From NCBI GenBank assembly GCA_043228905.1, contig JBHGNT010000007.1, positions 10,106,001-10,170,000 of the forward strand: a stretch of 64,000 nt of DNA, read 5' to 3'. Under the pieces are notes generated by a model. It ran no database searches. It was not told the DNA's origin and worked only from the letters and a program-made list of their open reading frames with translations. The translations under genes were made by a program, and so were the position numbers. The number at the start of each line of letters is the position of its first letter. Positions within the stretch are counted from its first letter, which is position 1. This document shows, in pieces, positions 52,366-64,000 of this stretch. The DNA comes from Azolla caroliniana (lineage: Eukaryota; Plantae; Polypodiophyta).

Positions 52366-54069
52366 TCATTCCTCTTTTAAGATGTCGAGGATGTTTTCAG
52401 GGTCCGGGGTGGTGGCAGGGTGGTTTGGTTGGACTGTCGGTGCGGGGGGTTGAGTTTGGTCCGGGGGTGTCATATCTTCTCGGGCGTCCGCCTCAGGTGC
52501 GACCGATTCTTCTAGTGGGGGTGTGGGTTTGAGGGCGCTGACCTCTACTTCAACTGGATCTGGTACCGTGTGGGCGTCCATGGGATGTCTGTTGGCCGGG
52601 GCAACTTCCTCCTGTGCCGTGTCCGTGATCTCCTTGCTGGAAGGTTCTTCCTTAAGCTCCGCGCGGGAATCCCGGAGCGGGGGTTCTGTCTGGGTTGCCA
52701 CCTCCTTGGCTGGACGAGGGGTTGGTATTTCGGTCTTCTCCATGGGCGTGGCCGCCTCGGTTGTTGTGTAGGCATTGACCATTTGGAACGAGTCCGTTTG
52801 TGTACTGGCCTGCATCGTCAGGATTGAATATGTGACGGTGCTTTCATCCATCATTGTTATGCGTGGAGGGGCTGGGAGGGCCTCGGTGGTTGTGGCCGGA
52901 AGGCTCAAGAGTTGTTGTTACGACCGATTTTGCTCCCAGGTTGCCAACTTCTGTTTCGCAGCATGCCATAATTCTGTAGCCATCTTAGCCTGTTTTTGGG
53001 CTATTTTTATCTTTCGGGCCATGTCTTTGGCTGCCCGCGTAGTGCGATCCAGGTCCCTATATGCCTCGATAAGGGCCGTGTTCAACTCGGGGACCTCCAT
53101 GAGGAGAGCGGCATGTTTTGCTAGCTTCTTTCTCCCGATTTTCTGTAAAGCCCTGTCGTCCTGGGGCTCAATTTCACCTAATAGCGCGCGTTGAATCATT
53201 TTTGTTTCGGCGTGCTCTTCCACCATTCGAGCGGCTGCCGCAACTTGGGCTCTGGCGAGGAAGTCGACCAGCTCGAATGTCGTACCGAGGCGTAGGAGCG
53301 CACTAAATTCGTAAGCCTCCGCGGGGAGGTCTTTATACCCGAGGACTTCATCCTCCTCCCATTCTTGGTAGGTCTCGAAAACTACCCTTTTTGGTTGGGG
53401 TTGGGTGGGTGGTGGTGCAGATGCGGGGTTTTGGTCAGTGGCAGGAGGTGAAGGCGATGTGGGCTCCTCCCATGCTTCGTGGTTGATGGGAACGAAATTC
53501 TCTTTCTGCCTTCGTGGTGGTGGTGGGGACGTGAGTGTGCGAGGGGAAGGAAGAGAAGAGGGTGGGTATAGAACCATCAAAAAGTGGGTAAGAACAGACA
53601 ACATCTTCTTACCGGACTGAAATGAAACTAAGGCGGCACGGAGTCCTTTGCTTGTGATGATTCCCCAATCGATTCTGTTTCCTTCATACGCGCTGATGAT
53701 GATGGTTGCCTTGTTCTGCGGCATGCTCGTTGGGTTCGTATGCACGAACGCATACTCCATTAATTTACGAGCAATCTCCCCGAAAGCTCTGTTGGGACCG
53801 CCATACGTGCGATATGCCTTCCCTGAGGCTGAGTACTCACCGAAGTACTCTTTCATCTTCGATGCCGGGGGTATGTCGACCTCATGGTCCCCTCCCCATT
53901 GCAGGTCCAAAACAACCCGAAGCACGTTGTTGGTGATGGCTTCGGGACAAATACGTTTAGCCACACCTTGGGCATCTGGGTGCGGGGGGGCATAGATGAT
54001 CTGCAGGTAACCGCCCATTCCTCATTCCTGGAGCCAGGCGCGGGTTTCTGTTGAAGCGGTAAGAGGCAT
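52366..54069 (-). pseudogene. Accessory 3' ORF of gypsy F (568 codons including the terminal stop, two internal stops)
   Basis: ORF pieces 54069-54022, 54018-52918 and 52908-52366 are in one frame. Globular N-terminal part, Pro-rich linker, predicted coiled coil and Thr/Pro/Glu-rich tail. Confidence 0.7.
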
Positions 54070-54820
54070 GGTGGAGATGGAGATGGGGTTTGACTGTGTG
54101 GAAGCGTGAAGAAGAGTGATGAGGCGAGGGTGAGACAGAGGAGAAACAGCAGGAAGGGGAAGTTCAGCAGAGGGGTTATGAGAGCGAAAGAGGGCTTGAG
54201 AGCAAGAGCGTTTAGAGAGATGAGAGCGAGACGGGGTTTCTGAGGTTGAGAGCGATGGAGATTGGGAGCGATAATGAACTTCTGTGTTTGTGTTGCGTTT
54301 TGGAAATGGTTTTGTGCCTGAAGCGAATCCTGAAGATTCTGAGTCGTGGGTGCCATAATAAGTGACTAACACCACGTGTCCTGAAGGTGAGTGGGGTGCT
54401 TCTAGTGCTTTGCATGTGCTTAAATAGGTACTAAATGAGTAGTGGCGAGGGGTGCTCCTAAATTTGTTGGTGGTGTAGGTGTAGCTAATCGGTGGCTAAA
54501 CTATGGTTAATCCTACCTACTACTACTTTTATTAATTTCAAGAAGGTGGGTGAGTCCTTATTCAGGGGGACACGTGGCCTCCTCCATGGTGGTTTCTCGA
54601 AACGGGTTGGGTGGTGTAGTGCCTCGATATGGTCGAAGTCGGAAACCATTGGCCCAACTTTTGACAGTGTCGCCGGTGAGTGTGCTGAGCTGGAACGTCC
54701 CGTTGAACTCGTCGATAATCCAGAATGGACCAGTCCACCGAAATCTTAATTTTCCCGGCATAGACCCGAGTCGTGTTTGAAAAAGAAGAACCGGTTTACC
54801 GATGGTGAGCTCCTTTTCCA

Positions 54821-56575
54821 TGACGGGAACCCAACGTCTCCTTGTGCGCAACGCTCGGCCACAACCGAGATTCTTTTCATACACAGAAAAACGGGAAATA
54901 CAACACGATACAAAGGAGAGGAGGATACACACACACTACACAGGATGTTAACGTAGAAAACCCCAAACTGGAGGAAAAACCACGGCAGCCCACAGGCTAC
55001 AAACTGTCACTATGTATGAATGTACAAAACAGTGAGTTCTCGGAGGCAACGACCTCGGACTCACGCTCTTCGCCACAGACGGCGGTTACAACAGAGGCAA
55101 CGACCTCTTTCTCTCTCTCTCTCTCTGTACACTATTACGTGCTCTCTCTTCTTCTTGCACCAACAAGGAAGAATAAACAACAACATCATATTAGTTTTGC
55201 CCTAAGTCATATTTATACTAATATGACTTTTCGGCTATTTACAAATATAGCCACAATGTACCCGGCTACGGAGAGCCGGATGGTGCAGACCCGGTATGAA
55301 CCGGAGGAAGAGACATATTCGTAAATATGTTTATGAGAGCCCATTGTGGCTATATTTGTAAATAGCCGAAAAGTCATATTACTATAAATATGACTTAGGG
55401 CAAACTAATATGAGGTTGTTGTTACTTTTCTTGTTGGTGCAAGAAGAAGAGAGACAACGTAATAGTGTACAGAGAGAGAGAGAGAGAAAGAGGTCGTTGC
55501 CTCAGTTGTAACCGCTGCCTGTGGCGAAGAGCGTGAGTCCGAGGTCGTTGCCTCCGAGAACTCACTGTTTTGTACATTCATACATAGTGACAGTTTGCAG
55601 CCTGTGGGCTGCCGTGGTTTTTCCCCTAGTTTGGGGTTTTCCACGCAAACCTCCTGTGAAGTCTGTGTGTACCATTTCTCTTCTTTGTGTCGCGTTTTAT
55701 TTCCCATTTTTTCTATATATGAAAAGAATCTCGGTTGTGGCCGAGTGTTGGACATAAGGAAAGTTCAGTTCCCGTCACAATTTATGGTTAATTGAGAAGT
55801 ACCCGACTACGGAGAGCCGGATGGTGCAGGCCCGGTATGAACCGGATGAGGAGTACCCGGCTATGGAGAGCCGGATGGTGCAAACCCGGTATGAACCGGA
55901 TGAGGAGTACCCGGCTACGGAGAGCCGGATGGTGCAAGCCCGGTATGAACCGGATGAGGAGTACCCGGCTACGGAGAGCCGGATGGTGCAGACCCGGTAC
56001 GAACCGGATGAGGAGTACTCGGCTACGGAGAGCCGGATGGTGCAGGCCCGGTACGAACCGGATGAGGAGTACCCGGCTACGGAGAGCCGGATGGTGCAGA
56101 CCCGGTATGAACCGGAGGAAGAGACATATTCGTAAATATGTTTCTGAGAGCCCATCGTGGCTATATTTGTAAATAGCCGAAAAGTCATATTAGTATAAAT
56201 ATGACTTAGGGCAAACTAATATTTGGTGGTTGTCATTTTTCTTGTTGGTGCAAGAAGTAGAGACAGTACGTAACGTTGTACAGAGAGAGAGAGAGAAAGA
56301 GGTCGTTGCCTCTGTTGTAACCGCCGCCTGTGGCGAAGATCGTGAGTCTGAGGTCGTTGCCTCCGTGAACTCACTGTTTTGTACATTCTTACATAGTGAC
56401 AGTTTGCAGCCTGTGGGCTGCCGTGGTTTTTCCCCTAGTTTTGGATTTTCCATGTAAACCTCCTGTGTATCTTCCTCTCCCTTTTTGTGTCGTGTTTTAT
56501 TTCCCGTTTTCTGTGTATCATTCTACGCTCGGTTGTGGCCGAGCGTCGCGCATAAGGAACGTCGGGTTCCCGACA
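54821..56575. repeat. Cluster of three partial LTRs of one family: inverted unit 54821-55258, direct units 55259-55778 and about 55794-56575
   Basis: Shared TATAAATATGACTTAGGGC, GTGGTTTTTCCC...TTTTCCA and terminal GTTCCCG(A/T)CA. No common TSD. Confidence 0.85.
55794..56117 (+). repeat. Minisatellite, six copies of a 54-bp CCGG-rich unit in the LTR U3
   Basis: Unit GAGGAGTACCCGGCTACGGAGAGCCGGATGGTGCAG(G/A)CCCGGTATGAACCGGAT. Confidence 0.92.
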
Positions 56576-59500
56576 ACTTGTCTGTAGAGATCCTGGAACC
56601 GGATCGTGAACTGCGCGACCGTTTCGTGCGGTTCCTGGCATATAGAGAAGAATTGCCGGAGCAGTTCCCGTTTAGGCACCTCGCGATGAAAAAGTTCAAG
56701 GAACTTTGTGCGCACGATTTGGAAAGTGGTGGCCTCTCCTATTTCGAGGTGAGAGTACCAATGTGCGGCCGGTGCATCGAGGGAGAGTGTGAACTCAGCA
56801 ATCTTTGAGGTATCGATTTCGGCCGGCGTGAGGTGGTGCGTTGAGTGGTTGGCCTGCCACATGGATATGAAGGCACGAATGTGTGACTCCGCGTCTGGTC
56901 CGTTGGTGTATCGTGGGTATGGGTACGGCATGATGTCGTACTCTCGGTCTTCTGGTAGCATCGGAAAAGGGTTTAGTTCCGGTTGATTGACCTCCGGAGG
57001 GCTCGACGGGGGTTTTGGTGGTGAATGAACTCGCGATCGAGTGTCCGGTGGCGAGGATTACACTGGGGAAGCCTCCGATTTCTCGGGAAAGGATTGGTCA
57101 GTGACCGCCGAGTCGGAAGTTCCTTCGACTGGCTCAGGGCGTCGGGCGGGTGGCCGAGACCTCGTGGTGCGAGAGGACGCCGTAACGGCGGCTGGTGGTT
57201 ACCTTCAACGAAGTTCGTTGTGCACTCACAGCTGTAACCGGGCATGCCAAATTGTGTTACCCGTTCCTTTGGGTGAACACCTTCGATAGATCTGCAGCTA
57301 TCGGTATTCAAGGGTGCGGTACGTGAAGGCTCGTAACAGAGGCGTCTCGAGAGAGACAGTGCTCAGAGAGAAAACACTAGCAAGGCCTTGATAGGTGTGG
57401 GCAGCGTGGAAATCATAGGTATGAATCAAAGCACAGACACATGGAACAAACTGGGCACAATTCAGCTATATTACTGCGACAGCAAAAAGATTACAGAACA
57501 CGGCCTACGGCCAGTGACCTTACAAGATTATCTAGTTATGAGGAACTCAGCTAGTGCTTCCGCCTATATTTTTCTTCTCTTGTCCTCTGAGGTACTGGTC
57601 CTCGTTTAAATAACTTTTCCCCTAATACACAGCCGAGCCGTCGGAATGTGAGACCTCGTCTTGTACAAAGAAATTTTGGTTGATCTCGACATCCCCGATC
57701 TTCACCGTCACATCCGGACAAGCCACAAATAGGTCTTCTGTTGCTTTAGTGGCTGCCTGGATCTTCCATCCATGATTAGTGTTAATAGGACACTTCCCCT
57801 TCCGGTAGAACTCCTTGGACATAAAATTGATCTTCGATCCGTGATCAATCAACGCTAGCACGGGCTCTTTGATGTTGCCGATTCAGACCGGAGTCTCCGT
57901 AGTTGCACGTGCCCAGTGTGGCCTTGTGTAGTGGGAGTTCGGAATTTCGTCCTCCACTTCGGTGTCATTCATTAAAACCATGTTCGCATTTACCCTTGGA
58001 GCGTTCTCCTCCATACTTTGTCTTTTTCTCTTCACGAGATCCACAAGAAGATCATGGAACTCCTTCTTTGCTATTTCGAGTAATTCTCGAAGCGAAAATT
58101 CCACCCGGTTATCGAGGATTCTCTCCTTGAACACTTTTTTCAAGTCCGTTTGTTGTTCGATCTCCGAGGCGAGTTTGAATGCCAGAATCTTCCTTTCATT
58201 CCCCTTCCCTCTGGAGTTCCAGCTTTCTGGTGTCTTTGATGGTCCGATCGCATCATCTGTGTGCCGTCGTTTCTTGTCTACATACACCTCATGCAATTGG
58301 CATAGGGCGTGGCGTGTATACTATTCTTATCAACGGGGCACTCCCATCCCGTAGCTTCTCGGATGCCTTCCGCGGTGCTTCGGATATCATTGGAATCAAT
58401 TTTCTCGGGGTTTTCTAGCACTTCCGGACAAAAAGACACCTTTGCTCCGGATGACTCACCCACACTTATTCCCGCAGTTGTCGCTTAATTACCTTTTGGC
58501 GCTATTTCCTCCTCTAGGACCTTCTTCATGCCGCATTTCCAGAAGTTCGTCGGAGTGGCTTCCGAGAGTCCATCGAATGAATCTGATTTCCCTCGTAGTA
58601 GATAAGATCCCGTCGTAGCGCCTCCTTGTGCTCGTCGCAATCCCTCAGATCATATTCGGTGCTATCGCACCATATGCATCGACGGTCCATATACTTGGAA
58701 CTTGTGGAATGGTCATCCGACTTCTTCACCATCGCGATTTTCAGATTCTCCATCTCCTTCAGCAACTGCTCCACCGTGGTTGCATCGATTCCCTTCTCGG
58801 TCGTAGTCTCCCGAGCCCACGGTTGATGGTTTTCCAATCCGGATCTCGGTTTCGGAATTGGCTCCGAAACCCTCTTTTCTTCATTAGCAAGCCATTGCCC
58901 CCTCTTTGTGTATCGTGCGACGATATCTCACACATTATCCCATGTATCGGTGAGCCCACTCTCGGTGGTCGTGTCCTCCAGAAGCACTCCAAGGTCTTTC
59001 TAGACCCAGATGTTCACGGCTCATAGGAACATGATCACTTTGTCCAGTGTGAAGATAGCTTGATCTCTCACGGACAACCTCCCGAACCGACTTTTGAATG
59101 GCGGAAACACATCGAGGACCTTCATCCCCTTATCCGGTGTTTCCACCCAATCTTCGAATCCCCTCCTGGTTGCCTTGGAGGAGTCCTCGATGGCGAACGT
59201 GGTCTTTAGCGCCTCTTCAAATGCCTCCCACGTCGGATTTTTCCGCTGTATCCCATGGATACTCCCTTGAAGCCCGTCGGTCGCCACCCGGTTGAAGGAT
59301 GTCACTTGTAGTTCTTCCGAAATCCCGCACCGTAGCATTTCCACCTTGTAATCTCGCAAATATCGCGACACGTCTTTCCTGCTGAATTGCCCATTCCGTT
59401 GCACCAGCCGCTCTACTGCCGCTACAATCTCCGACATCGCGCGTTGTTCTTGTAGCATCCGCTCAAACATCGACATCCTGTTGTTAGCCCCTAGTTGATT

Positions 59501-60483
59501 TTCCATCTCCTTGCGACCCGGTTTCACGTCAGGTTCACCACTTGTGTCGTGTTTTTCGGCTCCGGATCGTTGCATGAGTCAGGTGGGAACTACTGAGGTT
59601 TTGGACTAGGAGAAATAAGAATACAATATAAGGCTAGTTATGAATAGGTAGAAAGGGAAGTAAGAATTCAAACTTGTGAATCCCACGTGTTTAGTGTATT
59701 TAATCAATATTTAGATTGTAAGAAAGAGAATTCTGATGATAAACTCGTGAATCCCACGAATATATTAGAATGATCAATCCTTGTAAAATAGTCAACCCCC
59801 AAATACATCTTTCTCTCCTCCTTATATAAGGATGGGAGAGACTAAGCATAGCTTCCTACTTTTCCTAAAGTGTTCATGCACACTAAATGTGCATGAGTGC
59901 TCTTTTCCACTATACTTCTATTTCCTAAATATAGTGCTCATGCACGCTAGATGTGCACGAGTATTTTTTTATTGGTTTATAAAGTATTCACGCACTCTAA
60001 AAAATGCATGGTTTACCTTTGAATAAAGGTAGGCGTAAATAAAGGTCTTATATGTATTAAATCTATTTTTAAAACACTTAGGATAAGTTAGTACAATGGT
60101 AAGGTTGGGGTTTGTCTACATGGAGGTACAAGGTTCAAATCTTGCCCTATGCACATAATAAATATTTTCTCCTATTTTACAAATTTGTCTCTTCATCCGA
60201 TGAGAGACTCTCACTGGCCTTCTTTATCTGGCTCTTGCCGGCTTTGCTTGATCCGGTTCTTACCGGGTCTCCTTACCGGGTCCTCCTTACCGGTTCCTCC
60301 TTCATCCGGTTCTCACCGGTTCTCCCTACCGGGTCCTCTTTGCCAGTTCCTCCTTACCGGGTCCTCTTTGCCGGTTCCTCCTTACCGCATCCTCCTTGCC
60401 GGTTCCTCCATCCGGTTCCTCCTTGTCGCATCCGGAGGGAAAAAAAAGCAATTTTCACGTAGTGTGCGAATTACACTACGACA

Positions 60484-62432
60484 CCGGATTGTACTCTAGA
60501 ATGGTGAGAACCGGTAGGCCGTTAGAACCTATGGTCCGGGCCTAGTACGTAAGCATATTCCATGGAGTTAGTGTCAATCGCTTGTATGAGCATTGAAGTA
60601 CATGTCAATACTTTTGTAAGACTTTTTAAGGACTTGTATAAAAAGTGTTATGTAGGACATTTGTACGCACATAGTGTTATTTTAAATTGAGTTTATGCTA
60701 TTCTACTCTCTGTCTCTCTCTTTGTCTCTCCTACGTATTCAAGATTTCGATTAAACCTCCGTTCGGTGTTCTGATGTTATCCGTACTAACCGGTTTTGTC
60801 TTAGCTTTACGTGGTATTAGAGCGTGAAGGTTGAGAACCTCTGCTGCCGACAAGTGATCTCTACGGACAAACCCTAACACCCGATAAAGAACAAGAAGGA
60901 GAGAATGGACCGAGGAATGGCTAGCTCGCTCTCGACGAAGAAGCTCGACAAATCCAACTATGCATCTTGGTCGTACAAGATGCATTAGTACTTGTTCGAG
61001 CATGGCTACTGGAGTTATGTCGACAGAGCTAACAATACGGCACCTAATGCGACACACAACGACTTCCCGCCTTGAGAACAAGCGGCAAGCATGGTAATAA
61101 TGTACTGCTTCGCGTCCAATGTCGGTGATGAGGTGCTCAACCATATCCTGGATGGCAAGACGCCAAAGGAAGCTTCGCCGCAAGAACCATGGCCCGGAAG
61201 TTGCAAGTCTGATAGGAGTTGAGCAATGTCTGATAGAAGGACATGTCGGTGGCCAAGTACACGGCCCGGATCAAAGACATCTGCGACTCACTTGCTTCCC
61301 TCAACATGATCATCGAGAAAGATGAGATGGTGCAGGTCTATCTCAAGGGCCTAGCGTCAAAGTTCGGAGCATTCCGGATTGCGGTATGTACAAGGGAGAA
61401 TACACCCTCATTTTTCGACTTACAATCGAATCTCCTTGTAGAAGAGAACCACGTGGGTGTGTCGACGATCACGTAAACCGATAGCAAGATGTTGTACACA
61501 GTGGTAGATAGGCCCCATGGTCATGGTGGTCGAGGTGGATTGACGCACAATACAAGCAGCCGACAACAACAGAATCGGAGGCACAAAGATGGTGCCGACA
61601 CCAATTTTGGACCCTACGAAAACAGGGGGAGTCAAAGTGACACCGGAAGTCGGCAAGTAAAAGTCGACACAGAATGGTGGTACTATGGTTGGAAGGGCCA
61701 CAAAGAAAGCAAGTACTTGAAAAACAAAAGAGGATTCGGACAAAGCCGGATCGAGCTGGAAAGACTCAACCAAGCGTCACCGATCGCAGTACGCCGGAAG
61801 CTCGGAGATATCGGGTCGGGGCCGGGCCTCGTAATGAAGCGTAAGGCCAACAGAATTGTTGGGATATGTCCCTCTAGTGGGAGGAAGATCCGACCGCCTG
61901 GAAAGCCGATAGTCGAGGAGCCGAGCCGAGGAAACCGGAATCGTGTAGATAGCCAACTCGGCAGACTATATTTTGTAAATAGTCTAAGTGTGCGCCCCAT
62001 GAGGGCTATGTATGTAAATAACCGGAAAGTTGCGTAAGTATATATGCAACTAGGGCAAACTTTATGTGTGATTTGTATAATGTTAGAATGCAGAGTGCGT
62101 GAGAGAGTGAGGAGGTAGAGCCGCGCCATAGCTATGTGCGTAACAACAGACGCGAAGAGCCCTGTGCGGCTGATACACTCGACAGAGTGTTGTAATCATC
62201 TCCATGTTGTATATCCACTAGATATAGTGAAGAATCTGTTCCCATGGTTTTCCCTATTTTAGGGTTTCCACGTAAATCTCTGTGCACCATTGTTTATCTT
62301 GTCTATTCTGTTATTCGGGTGTGGTTCGTATTTCAACATTGTCTGTCTATTGTGTTTTGAATTCCACAACGATTTCTCAACAAGAATTGTTGTATCCGAC
62401 TCAAACTCGGAAGAAGTTTGGTATGTGGACTC
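60484..62432 (+). mobile_element. Ty1/copia copy L: partial 5' LTR (to 60811), PBS, decayed gag to protease start
   Basis: PBS TGGTATTAGAGC at 60812-60823 and gag MDRGMASSLSTKKLDKSNYASW from 60905. Resumes after the solo LTR as SEEVWYVDS. Confidence 0.85.
61857..62382 (+). mobile_element. Solo LTR with 5-bp TSD AGAAT
   Basis: TGTTGGGA...TCTCAACA flanked by AGAAT at 61852-61856 and 62383-62387. The host copia frame is restored on removal. Confidence 0.9.
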
Positions 62433-63378
62433 TGTTAACTATTTCTAGAGGAAACACCTTCAATGAACCCACAGGCTATCGGTATCAAGGGGTCGTGTTA
62501 TGTGAAGCTTCTTCTACGTCGAGAAGACGTTAGGGGAACAGGGAGCGTACACTAACTACAACCCAATAGACGTAGATGTAGCTAGGATTACGAGTACAGG
62601 GAGAACACACAGATGAAGGAACAGTAAGAGCGAGATTTATATTAAATGAGAAAGCTCACGATGAATACAGTACACGGCTCTCGGCCGGAAACAGTCTTGT
62701 GCAGAGCTAAGCGCTACTATACTAATCGTACTAATAATCTAGGTATATCTCTCTCTACCGAGGTATGCAGGTCTCGGCTTATATAGATTTCTTGTTTACA
62801 CAGAGTCGAGCCGTCGGTTGATTATGAGGGGCTCAAAACTCGACTATTTTAGTTCTACCTATTTCCTCACCTACTTTCCTACCTACCGAGTTTACATATT
62901 TTGTAATTACATTTCTAGCCTATGGACAACACCTGGCACGCCCATGGGAACGGACTTTGTCCGTCGGACCCACGATTCACAAAGTGGAGGGATATAACAA
63001 ACGGATTTTGCCAAAATTTTACAAAATTGCCCTTTAGAAAAGGAGGGCTTAAGGGTTTGTTTTAATCCTCTTCTAATATGCCGAGGATCCTCGGGGGCGT
63101 GGGGTTGGTCAGGCTGTTCGGAACCTGGGCTTGGTGATGGGGGTTTTGCTACCGAGTCCGGGATGGCTGTGTCTTCGCGTGGGCCGTCCTTAGTTGGTTC
63201 CGGTTCAGGCAAGTTTTGTTGCTCGGGTGTGATGTGGGTGTATGTAGGAGCGGGTTCCTCTTGTCTAACTTTTGTGGTGTTTGTTGTTGTTGGCTCTGGT
63301 TCGTGGTCATCGGTCGTGGGAGCCCTATTAGTCATGCTAGCTAGGCGTTCCTCCTCGTAAGCTTCGGCGTCTAAACGG
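62433..63378 (-). mobile_element. Diverged relative of gypsy F (F2): 3' LTR 62433-62931 and end of the accessory ORF
   Basis: LTR shares its ends (TGTTA...TGGACAACA) and GAGCCGTCGG with F. Same LTR-adjacent motif and a Pro/Thr-rich ORF tail. Confidence 0.78.
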
Positions 63379-63379
63379 A

Positions 63380-64000
63380 ACTATCATTGTATAGAGTTAT
63401 TGGTGTGTAACTACTGTACAGAGCGTAGCAGAGGGAAAGAGAGAGAGAGACAGAGTGAGTCTCTGTTGTAACTGCCGCCAAGCGAAGATTGTGAGCACGA
63501 GGTCGTTGCCTCTGTGTTCCCCTATTGTATTCTCCTTACATAGTGATAGTTCGGAGTCCGTGGGCTCCCGTTGTTTTTTTCCAATTTAGGGTTTTCCACG
63601 TTAACATCATGTGCATTCCCTTCTGTTTGTGTACTTACTTCCATTTCCCATTTCTTCTGTGTTTGATTATCTTTAAGTGATCTAAGCTTTGGTTGTGGCC
63701 GAAGACTATTCCGCATATTCTCTTCAAATGACACAGAAAAATGGAAGATTCGTTGGGAGACATGTTCAAGCTCACCGGCTCCAACTACTCAGTGTGGAAG
63801 TTGAAGATGAGGGACATGCTCGTGGTTAAAGATCTTTGGTTGCAAGTTCAATTCGGGGACAAGAGACCGGACAAGATCGATGCCACGATATGGGAGGTGA
63901 TGCACATGAAGACAACGGCGTACATATGGTGCTTCATCAACATGAGCCTATACAACAACTTTAATGAGGAGAGTAAGGCTCATATGCTTTGGGAGAAGAT
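63380..64000 (+). mobile_element. Copia fragment: partial LTR related to the 54821-56575 family, joined to a Tnt1-like gag start (63741 to window edge)
   Basis: GAGGTCGTTGCCTC and GGTTGTGGCCGA LTR motifs, then MEDSLGDMFKLTGSNYSVWKLKMRDMLVVKDLW. No PBS seen. Left boundary approximate. Confidence 0.7.

Larger units (their letters stand above)
51912..57644 (-). mobile_element. Athila/Tat-like (non-chromovirus) Ty3/gypsy copy F with extra 3' ORF; most of pol replaced by an LTR cluster
   Basis: Direct LTRs at 51912-52266 and 57255-57644 (truncated). PBS TGGCATGCCCGGT at 57249-57237. Retrotransposon gag domain at 56576-56961 and integrase C-terminus (KLRFRWTGPF...NGFRLRPY) at 54558-54820, all on the minus strand. 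Confidence 0.85.
49771..60483 (-). mobile_element. tRNA-Trp-primed Ty3/gypsy copy H (own sequence 49771-51911 and 57642-60483), 3'-truncated
   Basis: 5' LTR 59545-60483 and PBS TGGTGAACCTGACGTGAA at 59523-59540. Gag-PR at about 57650-59500 is homologous to copy I. RT (PQGATNSVAH, FLDD) at 50306-51615 has an internal RT-RNase H deletion near 50345. Confidence 0.9.

Noticed and set aside
52366-54069. Envelope gene
   Set aside because: No signal peptide or transmembrane segment visible. Reported only as an accessory ORF.
55794-56117. CRISPR-like array or repeat protein (YEPDEEYPATESR)
   Set aside because: Units are contiguous with no unique spacers and lie inside an LTR upstream of its TATA box. 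The ORFs arise because 54 is a multiple of 3.

Overview
Eukaryotic land-plant DNA, most likely from a non-seed plant such as a fern, lycophyte or moss (inferred from the retroelement types). One intact host gene is present: a 3-exon phospholipase D alpha (15523-18618, 810 aa) in an AT-rich island (about 13.9-26 kb) that also holds a non-autonomous hAT-like element, two related MITEs and a LINE remnant. The rest is nested, mostly decayed LTR retrotransposons. These are a tRNA-Met-primed Ty1/copia family (seven copies or fragments), a chromodomain-bearing Tcn1/Tf1-like gypsy, a tRNA-Trp-primed gypsy family (three copies), an Athila/Tat-like tRNA-Arg-primed gypsy family with an extra 3' ORF (two copies), and solo or rearranged LTRs. 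Nesting reaches four levels. The most unusual signal is that both copies of the tRNA-Arg-primed family lack a polypurine tract and instead carry a tRNA-Arg 3'-end mimic ending in CCA, 2 nt before the 3' LTR, suggesting a non-canonical plus-strand priming system. Other signals include a self-priming PBS, two types of -1 frameshift cassette, a duplicated PPT with a charged Pol tail in the copia family, and a long LTR palindrome. All coordinates were read by eye and tRNA matches rely on recalled plant tRNA sequences, so both need computational confirmation.
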